Part shown: positions 19,706-30,458 of the stretch, in pieces
How positions within the stretch are numbered: position 1 is the first letter of the stretch
Layout of the letters: every line of letters begins with the position of its first letter
Translations under genes and position numbers: made by a program
Source of the DNA: Trypanosoma brucei
Taxonomy: Eukaryota
DNA: 64,000 nucleotides
Assembly (NCBI GenBank): GCA_000002445.1
Contig: CM000208.1
Coordinates: 1,824,001 to 1,888,000 of the forward strand
Direction: 5' to 3'
Notes under the pieces: model-generated
Told to the model about the DNA's origin: nothing
What the model saw: only the letters and a program-made list of their open reading frames with translations
Database searches by the model: none

Positions 19706-20755
19706 TTACTTCCCTACAGCTGCCTGCCCACCAAAGCGAGAAGAACGCGCGTTAGCACGGGAGCCAGCCGAGTTGTAAAACGTTCGTGGGCCCGCTACTG
19801 TACGCGGGGCCTTCTGTCGCGCCTTCTCCCTCATAGCATTGACATGCACGGCGCGATGCGTTGGTAGGTTACCGTCGTAGTTCAGCCAATCCAGCACATG
19901 CCTCGTACGGTGCCGGATTTTCGGCTCGATCTGTTCAGGTTCAAATTCCCAGCGTACCAAATGGCTCGCACGTTCATCTGGTGTATCACCGAACCACTGG
20001 TAGTCAACACGTACGTACTGATTTTGCAGCGGCCTTTCGTTTAGCACGCGCGTTGCCGTCACAGGGTCCGCGACCGAGGCGCCCAGTGCCTCGCAGCCCT
20101 GAACAACCTCAGCAAGCAGCTGTTCCACGGCAGTGTGAGCAGGCGTTCCCTCAACTGGAGCTACGGGTAGAATGCGAGGCTTCTGCCCGTTATCAAGAGA
20201 GTGCAAAACCACCCATGGGGTTTCGCTATATTCCAACAGCATCTCTGCTTCCGTATACACCTGCGAGTTGTGGAACGTAATAGGGATAAGGAACTCACGT
20301 GCGAAGGACCGTGCGATCTCCGCGGCAAGTTTCCCTCGAGCGGTACTCTGCCGTTGTGCATAGTAGACGTATATTGACTTGGTGAAAGGATGGACCTTAA
20401 CAACACGCTCTAGTAGTAGTGCATAAGGCCATATTACCTCCGCAGCTTCATTTCCGAACTGCCGTTTTGGCTTCGGTAAACCCTTGAACGGCTCTAGCTG
20501 ATCCCACTCATCACGCATTTGCAACTCCCACCGACGGATAAATTTGTACTGGGCGGCCTCTCGCTCACTTGTTTGTCTCTTTCCTGGTCCCCGATGCAGC
20601 CCAGTTGGTCGGCGGCTGGTCGAGGTCGGCACATCCTGAAGCTGCTCAAGTCCAAAAAGAGTACATGTCGTCGAGAAGCCTCGAACAACGTGGAGGGGCC
20701 GGCAACAGGAGCTGGTCACCGCACGTCGCGTTAGAGACAACCCGGGAACAAGCAT
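19706..20755 (-). CDS. Hypothetical protein, probable mitochondrial targeting presequence
   Basis: 349 aa. N-terminus MLVPGLSLTRRAVTSSCCRPLHVVRGFS is Arg-rich and amphipathic-like. No domain recognised. Codon usage and strand are consistent with a real gene. Confidence 0.5.
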   Translation of the reverse strand: MLVPGLSLTRRAVTSSCCRPLHVVRGFSTTCTLFGLEQLQDVPTSTSRRPTGLHRGPGKRQTSEREAAQYKFIRRWELQMRDEWDQLEPFKGLPKPKRQFGNEAAEVIWPYALLLERVVKVHPFTKSIYVYYAQRQSTARGKLAAEIARSFAREFLIPITFHNSQVYTEAEMLLEYSETPWVVLHSLDNGQKPRILPVAPVEGTPAHTAVEQLLAEVVQGCEALGASVADPVTATRVLNERPLQNQYVRVDYQWFGDTPDERASHLVRWEFEPEQIEPKIRHRTRHVLDWLNYDGNLPTHRAVHVNAMREKARQKAPRTVAGPRTFYNSAGSRANARSSRFGGQAAVGK

Positions 20756-21121
20756 ATATTTACTTGTGCAATTAACATTTTATTGTTCAAATGAGAAGGG
20801 TTGGGTGAGAACGATGGGGGGAAGAATATGGCCGGGGAGAAGCTAACACCAGGTGGAATAGTTGATACGCAGAATCGTAAAAACATGCGCAAAAATGGGG
20901 GGAGGAAGCACTTGATGTCACGATGAACCTTTCTTGGGTAGGCCATAGGATGGTAAACATCAACTCTATTCTTACCCAGTCGTCTTCGACAATAACCAAC
21001 GTACATAAACGACAACACTCAAAGGGACATGACAAATCATACCCAAATGCAGCATACACACGCCACCACGACCACTTTACCATCAGCTACCCTCTTTGTG
21101 GAAATCGGGTGCACTAAATGC

Positions 21122-21454
21122 TTAGCGTGTGCGTACCGTCGCTATGCGCTGATGCCTTGACTGGTTCAGCACACGTGGGCAGCCATCACGGTCCTTCTCC
21201 AGGGCAACGCAGTACTGGCAATAATAAGCCACTTCTGTTGGTTTGCTTGCGTTACACATTACGCAACGCTCGTCTCCCTCGCGGCCAAAACCACAGTCAC
21301 TACAGATACGGACTTCCCGCATGGTTGGCAACACTTCGTCGAACTGAAGATCACATATAACACACCGACCTTCGTGTTGCTGACATACATAGCCTATATC
21401 CACACCTGGCAACTTGCGGCACATCTGCTGCTCCTGCTTGGAGTGGCGAAGCAT
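21122..21454 (-). CDS. PHF5A: PHF5A-like protein (SF3b14b / Rds3), SF3b splicing complex subunit
   Basis: 110 aa with the characteristic Cys pattern. [24 protein letters not shown] ... RICSDCGFG ... RCVMCN ... [21 protein letters not shown] aligns with human PHF5A ([24 protein letters not shown] ... RICDECNYG ... RCVICG ... [21 protein letters not shown]). Confidence 0.9.
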   Translation of the reverse strand: [110 protein letters not shown]

Positions 21455-21948
21455 GGCGACAGAGAGCTACAGTGGTGCACCGAATCCCTTGTATACAGTT
21501 CTTCGAAGGCTACAGAGCTACAAACCGGAAAAAAGACGTTGAGAGATGAACAAATACCCCCACCTACGCAGGCGAATTTACACAAACTATGAAAAAACTT
21601 GGAGATTTAACATGAAAAGTCACTCAGGCGGAGCGTACATGGAATTAAAGGCACTAGGAAAATACGGAAGAGGAGGCTGGGAAACGAGAGAAAAGAATGA
21701 AGGCCTCCGTATACATCCTGTTCTCGATAGCAACACTGCGACGTGTGCGTTGGAAGCGCCTTTGAGCGTGCAAGGTTTATCTTACCCGAGTACCGGCAAG
21801 GGAAGCTAGCACACCCACACGCCCCCTTACCTGGGGAAAGGGGGTATCTGTTTTAAAAACAACCAAAATAACGAACGCCGTAACACACGTTCGCGCACGC
21901 GCGCACAACGCATCTGCACAAGCCAACCATGACCAACCCGCAGGCACT

Positions 21949-23520
21949 TCAGCTAGAGTCCCTCTGCCGTTTCCTCCCCCGACCGCCACTCCGGGTGGAG
22001 ACGACCGTACAAGCCTCACGGCCGCCCCCATCAATATTTGTTGCCTCCACCGCTGATCTCTCTCCTAACCCCCCTCCGACACTCAATTCGCCACCACTTT
22101 TGTATCGTGTGGCCGCTGTTACCCCCCTCTGCCTAACTACTACTGGAACGGCTGCAATAGGCGTATCGGTGAACTCATCCGAATGAACAGACGCAATCAC
22201 CGCCTCCCTAGTCGACGACGCTGCAGACCGAACAGACGGCCCGCCCGGCGTGAAAGCGACCTCATCGGCAAATGTAACACCGTAGCCCAGAGCGGTCTCC
22301 ACTGCAGGACTTGAAGAAATGGCCACATGGCGGGATGGTGCATGACCGCCGACAGGGAATAAGCTTTGGTAAACAGGTGTTTGCACGCCAACACTCCGCC
22401 CGGCATATGGCAACTCCCGCGGCCGCCGCCCCCGCTGCGCATCCTCATCACCAACACCGCGGTGGCGTATATTAGCTCGAAAGTCATAAAACAGTTCAAC
22501 GGGAAACAGTGCATTTTCTTGGTGAAAAACATACTGGCGGCACGTGGGGCAGCGTGCTGCCCGCATTAACCATCTGCGCAGACAGCGACTGTGGAAAATA
22601 TGCCCACAGCGCAGCTGCCGTCCACGTGCTGAGTCAGTGACAGGATCAAAGCAGATCACACAGTCCGCCGCAGTACCAACCTCCGGGAAAGAGTCCACAA
22701 CGTGTCGGAAGCGAAACAGGATCGAGGCCGCATACAGGACATCAAGGAAGGGTGCCAGTACCACAACATGTACTAAAATTCCGGTAAAATTTGGCAGGTG
22801 TTCACCAGACACAACCAGCAAGATCAAAGAGCAGCAGATACGGATGGACAGACCCACCTCCTCCATGGGGTCGAAGTCCACACTTCCAGCCCGTCCCGTC
22901 AAAACGTTAGATGTGTGCCATGCGTGCAAAGTGGCAAACAATAATAGTTTCAGGAGTCCAGTGGTAAGTGCAGCAGTCCACATGATAACCGCAAATTGCG
23001 CTAACGACCCCATGGAGCTTTCCTCCCTTGGAGAAGTTACGTGGAAAGACCACAGTAGAGCAGTACAAAAGAGAGCAAACCCGCACAAAGTGCAACTCAC
23101 CACGCGAAACTTCAGGTCCCGCCGACGGGGCCACATTTCCAACTGTTGCTCCAGAAATGCTACACAACCAGAGGCAACCCCGCCTAGTAGTAGAGAGTCA
23201 CGCCACGCTAGAGTTACAGAAACACCAGCGCTGAATGTCAGTAAGAGAGGGTAAAACAAGGCCATGAAGACAGTCTTGCGCAAGGGAGTACCGGAAGAAC
23301 TTGGGTTAACCAGCTGCCCATGCGCATTAGCTTCGCAAAGACCGCAGACCCGCTCCACAAGAAGCATTGTGGACCACGACGCTGAAATCACTGCTGTCAT
23401 CACAGCTAACCAAACAGCAGCGACAACGGTTTGCGGAAGGCGCAGAAGGAGGTTCCACTGCGCCACAACGGCCACACCCAGCAAGATGAACAATACTTGA
23501 AGCGGTGTCATCTCACGCAC
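21949..23520 (-). CDS. Multi-pass membrane RING-H2 E3 ubiquitin ligase (Hrd1/synoviolin-like)
   Basis: Several N-terminal hydrophobic segments followed by the RING-H2 motif CVICFDPVTDSARGRQLRCGHIFHSRCLRRWLMRAARCPTCR (cf. Hrd1 CIICREEM...[26 protein letters not shown]). Confidence 0.7.
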   Translation of the reverse strand: MREMTPLQVLFILLGVAVVAQWNLLLRLPQTVVAAVWLAVMTAVISASWSTMLLVERVCGLCEANAHGQLVNPSSSGTPLRKTVFMALFYPLLLTFSAGVSVTLAWRDSLLLGGVASGCVAFLEQQLEMWPRRRDLKFRVVSCTLCGFALFCTALLWSFHVTSPREESSMGSLAQFAVIMWTAALTTGLLKLLLFATLHAWHTSNVLTGRAGSVDFDPMEEVGLSIRICCSLILLVVSGEHLPNFTGILVHVVVLAPFLDVLYAASILFRFRHVVDSFPEVGTAADCVICFDPVTDSARGRQLRCGHIFHSRCLRRWLMRAARCPTCRQYVFHQENALFPVELFYDFRANIRHRGVGDEDAQRGRRPRELPYAGRSVGVQTPVYQSLFPVGGHAPSRHVAISSSPAVETALGYGVTFADEVAFTPGGPSVRSAASSTREAVIASVHSDEFTDTPIAAVPVVVRQRGVTAATRYKSGGELSVGGGLGERSAVEATNIDGGGREACTVVSTRSGGRGRKRQRDSS

Positions 23521-24882
23521 ACTGAACCTCTATGTTCTGCTATTCACTACTATTCTCCCTTTTTTCTTCACCAAAAATGTCGCGGCAATATTACCCGAAT
23601 GCACCTCGTGCGGAAAGCGCCCACCAACTCCTACAACCACGGAGAGCTATGGAAGCAAAGGGACAGCGACTAAACGTGTTTTTTTTTTTTAAAAAAAGGG
23701 GGGCGATAAGAAGCGAGAGCGGAAAGGTAATGATACCTGTGTGGCATTTCTCGGGTGATGACACAGGAGCGCAAGGGTTAGCGAAACCAAAGCTAATCAA
23801 GGATAGGAACGAGGAAAACAGAATGCACCACTCTCCTTTCCTGCGTGCAAAACGGACGGAGGGCGACAACGAACGCAAAGTCACAACAAGTCACGTAACG
23901 AGACGCCATTCTCCACACTTTTTTTTACGAAACGCCGACGTTATTTTCCTACGCTAATTGCCCTTCCCCTTTTTTAAAAAAAAAAATCCCTCAACATTTT
24001 TTCCCTATTTTTCGTCAGGCACTTGGCAACCAGTCTCCGGCTTCCTCCGTCTCCTCAGCCTCCGTCCGTCTCCACCACGCACGTACGGAAACATAGAAAC
24101 AGAGAGGGAGGATGACAAATTGCCCCTACGATTGTTCGCATCCGCCTGTTACCCCGGAGGGATTTTGTTAATTGAAAGGATCCTTATTATTGTCTCATAT
24201 GATTCATCCCCACGCGCTTATACGTATACGTGAGCAGGGGGTCTGTGTCAACACATCTGCTGTTTACTGCAACTCGTATTGACTTTCCCCCCCCCCTCCT
24301 TCGGGGCACACTTGCACATCATTTCCCCTCCTCCTTTCTTGTCGCCTCACTCACGCTTCATCGATAAAACACGGTGCAAGACGTTAGAAAACTCCCAACT
24401 CAATCGTTCTTTTCCTCCTCCCCCTGGACTTACAAACTCCTTTCGATCTTTTCTTTGAATACGCTCATCAGTTAATTTGAAATGCCTTACCTCTCCCACC
24501 CCACCCCGGCGGCATATGAAGAATAAAAATAAAAAATACCCCCTTCTCTCGCTCATCCCGCTCAGCATGCATTGCTTATACCACCGTGGATTAAACATGC
24601 ACGAGGTAAAAAACCTTTCTGAATCTTCTTTATCTGTGGCCCAGTCCACTTACTTCCGTACTTCGCACAAACAACGAGTATAAAATATGTAACAAATATA
24701 CATATATCACGTGTGTGGGTTCTTCCTGTTTCTTTTATCTTGTTTTCGTATCGTTACTGCATTTTTACCGCTTGAATTTGCTTAGCTATGTGACGTATGT
24801 GAAGGGAGGAGATGGAATGGGATGCAGACGTTAAGGTTCTGCTACCAACAGAACCGCCTCCTTTCAAGTGACACCCGCAGCA

Positions 24883-26142
24883 TCACGCGGCGAGTTTGCA
24901 TGCCAGCGCCGCTGCCTCCTCAAAGTTCTGTGCGGGATGCAGGGGGAGGCCGCTTTCCTTCAAGATACGCTTGCCTTCTTCTTCCTTGCTGCCGCTTAGT
25001 CGCACAACAACAGGCACCTCCCGCACCCCCTTTGACTTCAGCATTCGAGACGCCGCAACGATACCCTCGGCAATGGTGTCGCAGCGCATGATGCCACCGA
25101 AGATGTTCACGAGGATGCTGCGAACCGCCTCGTCACCAGTAATAATTTCAAACGCTGCGACAATCTGCTCTTTTGTCGCGCTCCCACCGACATCAAGGAA
25201 GTTTGCAGGCTTGCCGCCACCGTGGGAGATGAGGTCCATTGTGGCCATGGCAAGGCCAGCACCGTTTACGAGGCAACCAACGTTGCCGTCGAGGGCGATG
25301 TAGTTTAAGTCATACTTTTTGGCTACCACCTCTTTGGGGTCGATCTGCGTGGCGTCAGCGAGGGCAAAGATGTCATGCTGGCGGAACTCTGCGTTATCAT
25401 CAAACGACAACTTAGCATCAATGCACATCACATCGCCATTTTCCAGCTCCACTAGGGGGTTAATCTCCACCATCGTGCAATCCTTTGACTTGCCAACGTT
25501 ATACAGTGCCTTTATTTGCTCGGCAGCATTTTCAGCGGCGCGTCCCGTGAAGCCCAGTTCGTGTGCGAAGGTAAGGCAGTTGTCGTGGTTAATTCCCTCT
25601 TGGACGTTAATGCGCATCTTCTTGATCTTATCCGGCTGTTTCTGTGCAAGCTCCTCAATGCCCATACCTCCCTCTGCACTGCCAATGAAGACAGGTGAGG
25701 CGGTTTTGCGGTCGAGGAGCAGTGCCAGATACAATTCACGCTTAATTCCAGAAATCGCCTCAGTGACGTAGAGCCTGCTCACCTTCTGTCCCTTCGGTCC
25801 AGTCTGCTTCGTTACAAGAGTATTATTCAGCATACGGCGAGCGCATGCGAGCGCCTCCGCCGCATCCTTGCACACATGCACACCACCCTTGAAACCGTCA
25901 ACGAAGGTACCCATGCCGCGACCTCCTGCGAGAATCTGTGACTTGACGACTTTCTTATCTCCTTTGATCTTCCCGAGTGCCGCCTCCACTTCCTCAATAC
26001 TGGAGCACGCAACACCAAACTCCGTCTTGCATCCACCCTCCTTCAGCAGGGCCTTTGATTGGTACTCGTGAATGTTGAGGTAGCGGCACTGCGTCAGCGC
26101 AGCCTTCGTGGGAAGGCAGACACGACCAATGCGAGTAAACAT
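24883..26142 (-). CDS. Succinyl-CoA ligase (synthetase) beta subunit, mitochondrial
   Basis: ATP-grasp and CoA-ligase motifs (NIHEYQSKALLKEGG; VVKSQILAGGRGMG; NPLVELENGDVMCIDAKLSFDDNAEFRQ; LDGNVGCLVNGAGLAMATMDLI; ILVNIFGGIMRCD). Start reassigned to MFTRIGRV (rc ATG at 26142). The track ORF extends to 26403 through upstream non-coding sequence. Confidence 0.9.
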   Translation of the reverse strand: MFTRIGRVCLPTKAALTQCRYLNIHEYQSKALLKEGGCKTEFGVACSSIEEVEAALGKIKGDKKVVKSQILAGGRGMGTFVDGFKGGVHVCKDAAEALACARRMLNNTLVTKQTGPKGQKVSRLYVTEAISGIKRELYLALLLDRKTASPVFIGSAEGGMGIEELAQKQPDKIKKMRINVQEGINHDNCLTFAHELGFTGRAAENAAEQIKALYNVGKSKDCTMVEINPLVELENGDVMCIDAKLSFDDNAEFRQHDIFALADATQIDPKEVVAKKYDLNYIALDGNVGCLVNGAGLAMATMDLISHGGGKPANFLDVGGSATKEQIVAAFEIITGDEAVRSILVNIFGGIMRCDTIAEGIVAASRMLKSKGVREVPVVVRLSGSKEEEGKRILKESGLPLHPAQNFEEAAALACKLAA

Positions 26143-27622
26143 ACTCGTTACTGTAATGTGGCTTTGTAGTTTATACGATACCCTCAGCGAAATAAATAAA
26201 AAGTAACTTCTCCGCTCCCTTTCTGGACCTTTTTTCGTGGCTAGCGCAACCTCTGCCGTTTGGTTTGTGGAGACGGAAAGAAAGAAAGAGAGGAGAAAAA
26301 TGAAGGGTGAAGGAGAAGAAATCACCGAAAAAGTACCTGTCCGCCTCCGAGATCCCGGCCGGAGGCTACGGAAGCAAAACGAACGGTCCGTGTTACAGGT
26401 CATAACAAGAAATTAATCCGCGTAGCAGCAACGAATAGTCGATTCAAGCACTCAACGAGAACTTAGTATGATAACACAAGCTTACATCGCTTTTACCCGC
26501 TTTTGTATTGTTTCTCAATGATAAAGCGAACGACGGTCCTCTTCGGCAACCAACAACTGAGGCGGTGACCCCTACCACGGTATCAAGTCACGCAACAACA
26601 CTCATCGGTGCTGAGCACAAAAGGAAATAAGTCAGAACCACGTGGCAGGGGGTTACCGCGCGTGGAAAAAAAAAACGAACATGCTACTAGGTGGGATTTA
26701 AATGGTTAGTACAAGTGCTCTCCCGTCACCATGACGAACGCAGCGCATCGGTACACGCAAAGCCAGGCATAACCTACCTCTGCACAGAAAAGAAACAACC
26801 ATGACCTCAGGCACACACTTTGCCACATCCTTCCTCATTGCGCCATGTGCTGCAGTGCTGCGAAAGAGGGGAGATTAGTTAATGAAAACAGGGATTCTAT
26901 GTAGTGCATGCTAAAGACTTTCCCTTCCACTCGCTGTCCTCGATCCTCCTTCACACTGGCATCCGCCAACAGAGTGATTACCGTCGCGGGAAAAGGACAG
27001 TTTGTTATTGACACATATGAATGGAAGGAAGCCGTTCTAACAATAAAAATGAGAATAATTGGTGTGTATTCCGGGTGCTGGTGATCTCACTGATTTCTCG
27101 ACTGTCACAGTGGCCGAAACCAGTAACACGAAGCGGTGTATGCTGGCACAGAAAACCTCACCCAAAAAAAAACAAGGCGCACAGGTCCGCTCCACGCCAA
27201 GAAGACAAAGCACGGCAAAACGCAGGTGTACGGACAGAGTTGATTCTCAGTCAGAAGAACATCCAGCGGCCACGCCGCTCAGCCTATCAAACGACGTGAT
27301 GAGGAAAGAGCCTCAGCCGTGGCCCAGCGGAGCGCTAACCTCCTCTGTACATGCAGAGATATGGGGGTAATTAAATTGCACCGTTGCTACACCGAGGCAA
27401 CGCGTGGCGAAACAAGCTATCCGTTTGTCCTCCGAGAAGAATGCACCCCCGACAACCCATTACGCGGCCCAAACAACACTGATGGCGAGAAAGGAGGAGC
27501 GTTAAGTTTGAGGTGGATCAGGAATCAAAGGACTCGTGGTCGATACCAGTAGGCCGTGCCGTTAAATACACATGGCATAAACGCCTTAATGCGTGCCCCC
27601 CCTTCACACGCTCGAAAAACCT

Positions 27623-28297
27623 CTACGAGCTGTCGTAATCGCTGCCCTCACTTTCCTCAACCTCCTCTGAGGCGCATGAGTCTTCCTCATCATCGTCCTC
27701 CTCATCACTTCCCTCTTCATCACTTTCCTCGTCCTCCCCTTGCTCGCTGCTGTCTACATCGTCAGCTCCGCGGGCTTCGGTGATGTTCTCCACGCGGCGG
27801 TACTTCGCTCTAAGCTCCTCCAGAGGCACATCTTTCTCCGCCTCGAGGCCGCGGAGGACTTCGTCGAGGTCCTCCTTGTTCCGTTTTTCTGCACGACGCA
27901 GTGTTGATTCGTCGTCCTTAAAGCTGCGGGATGGGATGTAAGCCTCGTCGTCGTCCACAACGAGTCCCGACTGCCGTGCAAGGTCAAGGTAAGTTTTACG
28001 AAATGACATTGCCTCCTGATACCACGTGCTGCCCTTCGCATTGTACTCCAAAGCGTTCGTAATCATGCGAGCGACGTCGTTCTGTACGTCCACGTCAGTT
28101 GCATAAGTGCCCTTTTCAATCCCATCGCGTATGGAAGAGAGGTCAACAGGACGCTTTATCACAGTGTGGTAGTCCGGCAGTTCTTCGGCACTAACTGGGT
28201 GATGAAACATTCCAAGCTTGTCAAGATCCCACAGACGGGATACAAAAACAAGACAGCCATTCTTGTTAAAAGAAGTATCTCGCTCGTTCTTGCTCAT
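27623..28297 (-). CDS. Bromodomain protein with acidic C-terminal tail
   Basis: FHHPVSAEELPDYHTVIKRPVDLSSIRDGIEKGTYATDVDVQNDVARMITNALEYNAKGSTWY is a canonical bromodomain (ZA loop ... YN acetyl-lysine-anchor Asn). C-terminus is poly-D/E/S. Confidence 0.85.
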   Translation of the reverse strand: MSKNERDTSFNKNGCLVFVSRLWDLDKLGMFHHPVSAEELPDYHTVIKRPVDLSSIRDGIEKGTYATDVDVQNDVARMITNALEYNAKGSTWYQEAMSFRKTYLDLARQSGLVVDDDEAYIPSRSFKDDESTLRRAEKRNKEDLDEVLRGLEAEKDVPLEELRAKYRRVENITEARGADDVDSSEQGEDEESDEEGSDEEDDDEEDSCASEEVEESEGSDYDSS

Positions 28298-28730
28298 TGC
28301 TCTAACGCAGATGTTCGGCGCCGCCCGAGCTCGCTCACCCTCCTCCTTCCCACCCTCGCGTCTGTATGCGAATCTTCGCCGCGACCGCTATTGTTTGGTA
28401 CCCGGCGCCTCCCAGATTAAAACTAAAAATTATATATTGAGCTTGAGCTGCCGCCCCACGTGTCCAATGTTCAACTCAATAGACGACTATGCAGACGTGG
28501 ATACGCAAATGCACGTGTGAAGAAACGAAGAAAAAATTTTCCACATGCATGTCACACACAGATGTTTATGTACAGACTTTCGCCCAACTAACATATCATG
28601 AGCGTTTCGCTGGAAGGAAGTGGAAACAAGAACGATATTTGTCGTTGGAAAGTTTTCCTCTAGGTTCACCCACCAAGCATGCGGCTGGAACGAAAGAAAA
28701 CACAAGACCGTGACCAACTTTCTCTTTAAA

Positions 28731-30149
28731 TCACTGCCACTTCTCACTGGTGACACGCTCTCCATTTCGCCGTGTTAGTGACCAATACCTCCCTTTCATT
28801 GTCAAATCCCGAAAATCGTGCAGCCTCCCGCGGGCTGCAGTTGCCTGCTGATAGGCGCTGAATTCCTCGCCCAACCCACTGAATCCACAGGGTTCGAATT
28901 GTTGATCCACTAGGGAAGTGTCACCTTTCCTCTGTTCAGTATCCCCGGAGGGAATGAAAACACCAATGTTCTTGTCACAAAAAGTTTTGTCCAATGTGAA
29001 AGTCTCCAATCTCCGTTGAGCTTCACGCATATCTTTACAGCGTTGTTTCTTCTGGAACACTACCTTGCACATGAGTTCTACCGCACACTTGAATCCAGCC
29101 TGTGGATGTTCAGCGCCCAGTGCAATACCCAATGCTGCGGACACGGGGAAAACGGGAAGCTGGACTCTTCTCTGCAGTTCCTCAGCCTTCTCCTTTAAAA
29201 AGTTTCCCTTGGTGTCCTTATACATATCCATCTTGTTAGCGAAAATCATCATCGCTCTGCTACTTAACCCCGGTAGGTAATACTCTAATTCCCTGCGCAG
29301 AGTCTCCACAGCCTCCCACGGTTCTAGAGGTTTTGTGGAGGACGAAGGATTGTACGACTCAGCCATATCTATAACGTACGCTAATGATTGTGTCCGCTCA
29401 GCGTGACGCAGAAACCTATGCCCAAGCCCACGGTTTTCAAAGGCACCTTCAATGAGTCCAGGTAAGTCCGCCACCCTACATGTATTACCGTAAAGGTCAT
29501 AAATAAAACCAACGTATGGCCTCTTCGTAGTGAATGCATACGGTGCAATCGTAGGTTTGCTGCTACTTATGGCTGAAAGAATAGACGATTTTCCTGCATT
29601 TGGGTACCCGACGAGACCCACATCCGCGAGCGATTTAAGTTCAAGTTGTGCGAGCATAGTGTTTCCGGGGAGGCCGCGAGTCGACTCAGTGGGAGAGTGG
29701 TGCCACTTGTTGGCAAAAGCCGCGTTCCCCTTCCCACCCTGACCACCTTGAAGAAGTAGCAGTTCTACGCCATCCTCGTCCACATCATACACAACCTCGT
29801 TGGTGTCGACATCAACAACGGTCGTACCAACGGGTAGCTCAAGGAGAAGATCCTTGCCCTTTTTACCATGTGCCGTTCGAGCGAAACCAACGCTGCCGGG
29901 TGCAGCACTGATTTGGGTTCCCATAGCCTTGATGTGCGAGAGATCATTTACTTTTTTACTGCCCTTTAGCATTACATTCCCACCCCTCCCGCCATTCCCA
30001 CCCCCGGGGCCGGCGAACTCGTTCCCGTGTTCATGCGACATGACACTGGCACCGTCACCTCCGGCGCCACTGGAAATCAGTACCTTCACTGCATCCACAA
30101 AAGGATGCGAACTACACTTGCTCATGCGACGCAGGCAGGGTTGAAGCAT
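28731..30149 (-). CDS. Obg-family GTPase (ObgE/CgtA; GTPBP5/10-like, probably mitochondrial)
   Basis: Gly-rich Obg fold (GGDGASV...GPGGGNGGRGGNV), then G1 GLVGYPNAGKSSIL and G2/G3 FTTKRPYVG ... DLPGLIEGA. Start reassigned to MLQPCLRR (rc ATG at 30149). The track ORF continues upstream to 30359. Confidence 0.85.
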   Translation of the reverse strand: MLQPCLRRMSKCSSHPFVDAVKVLISSGAGGDGASVMSHEHGNEFAGPGGGNGGRGGNVMLKGSKKVNDLSHIKAMGTQISAAPGSVGFARTAHGKKGKDLLLELPVGTTVVDVDTNEVVYDVDEDGVELLLLQGGQGGKGNAAFANKWHHSPTESTRGLPGNTMLAQLELKSLADVGLVGYPNAGKSSILSAISSSKPTIAPYAFTTKRPYVGFIYDLYGNTCRVADLPGLIEGAFENRGLGHRFLRHAERTQSLAYVIDMAESYNPSSSTKPLEPWEAVETLRRELEYYLPGLSSRAMMIFANKMDMYKDTKGNFLKEKAEELQRRVQLPVFPVSAALGIALGAEHPQAGFKCAVELMCKVVFQKKQRCKDMREAQRRLETFTLDKTFCDKNIGVFIPSGDTEQRKGDTSLVDQQFEPCGFSGLGEEFSAYQQATAARGRLHDFRDLTMKGRYWSLTRRNGERVTSEKWQ

Positions 30150-30458
30150 CGGACTTGTGGCAGTATTGTCGATGTCCACGTACCGTAGGGTGCAGACTGT
30201 CGGTGGAAGGAAGTAAAAGAGAAAAGAATGAAGTAGGCATTTGTAACAAGCAATATACCAACAAAGCAAAACGCACGAAGCGGTGAAGGGGAAAGGAGTG
30301 CGGAAACTCCCGCGGCAAAAGAAAAACAACCCTACAAGTGCCACCGTTACGCTGCCCACAGCTTGTGGCGAAGCCTTCGTGTATTTTAATCATTCATGGG
30401 CTCCTTTTAATTCATCACTTAAAAAAAGACGACGGGGGGTACGATGGTCTTTGTGCGG

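Noticed and set aside
22544-23254. 236-aa plus-strand ORF, and many other 60–150-aa plus-strand ORFs throughout the window
   Set aside because: These lie antisense to well-supported minus-strand genes (here the RING E3). They are Arg/Ser/Pro-rich or low-complexity, as expected for chance reverse-frame ORFs in GC-balanced coding DNA. No plus-strand protein gene is supported anywhere in the window.
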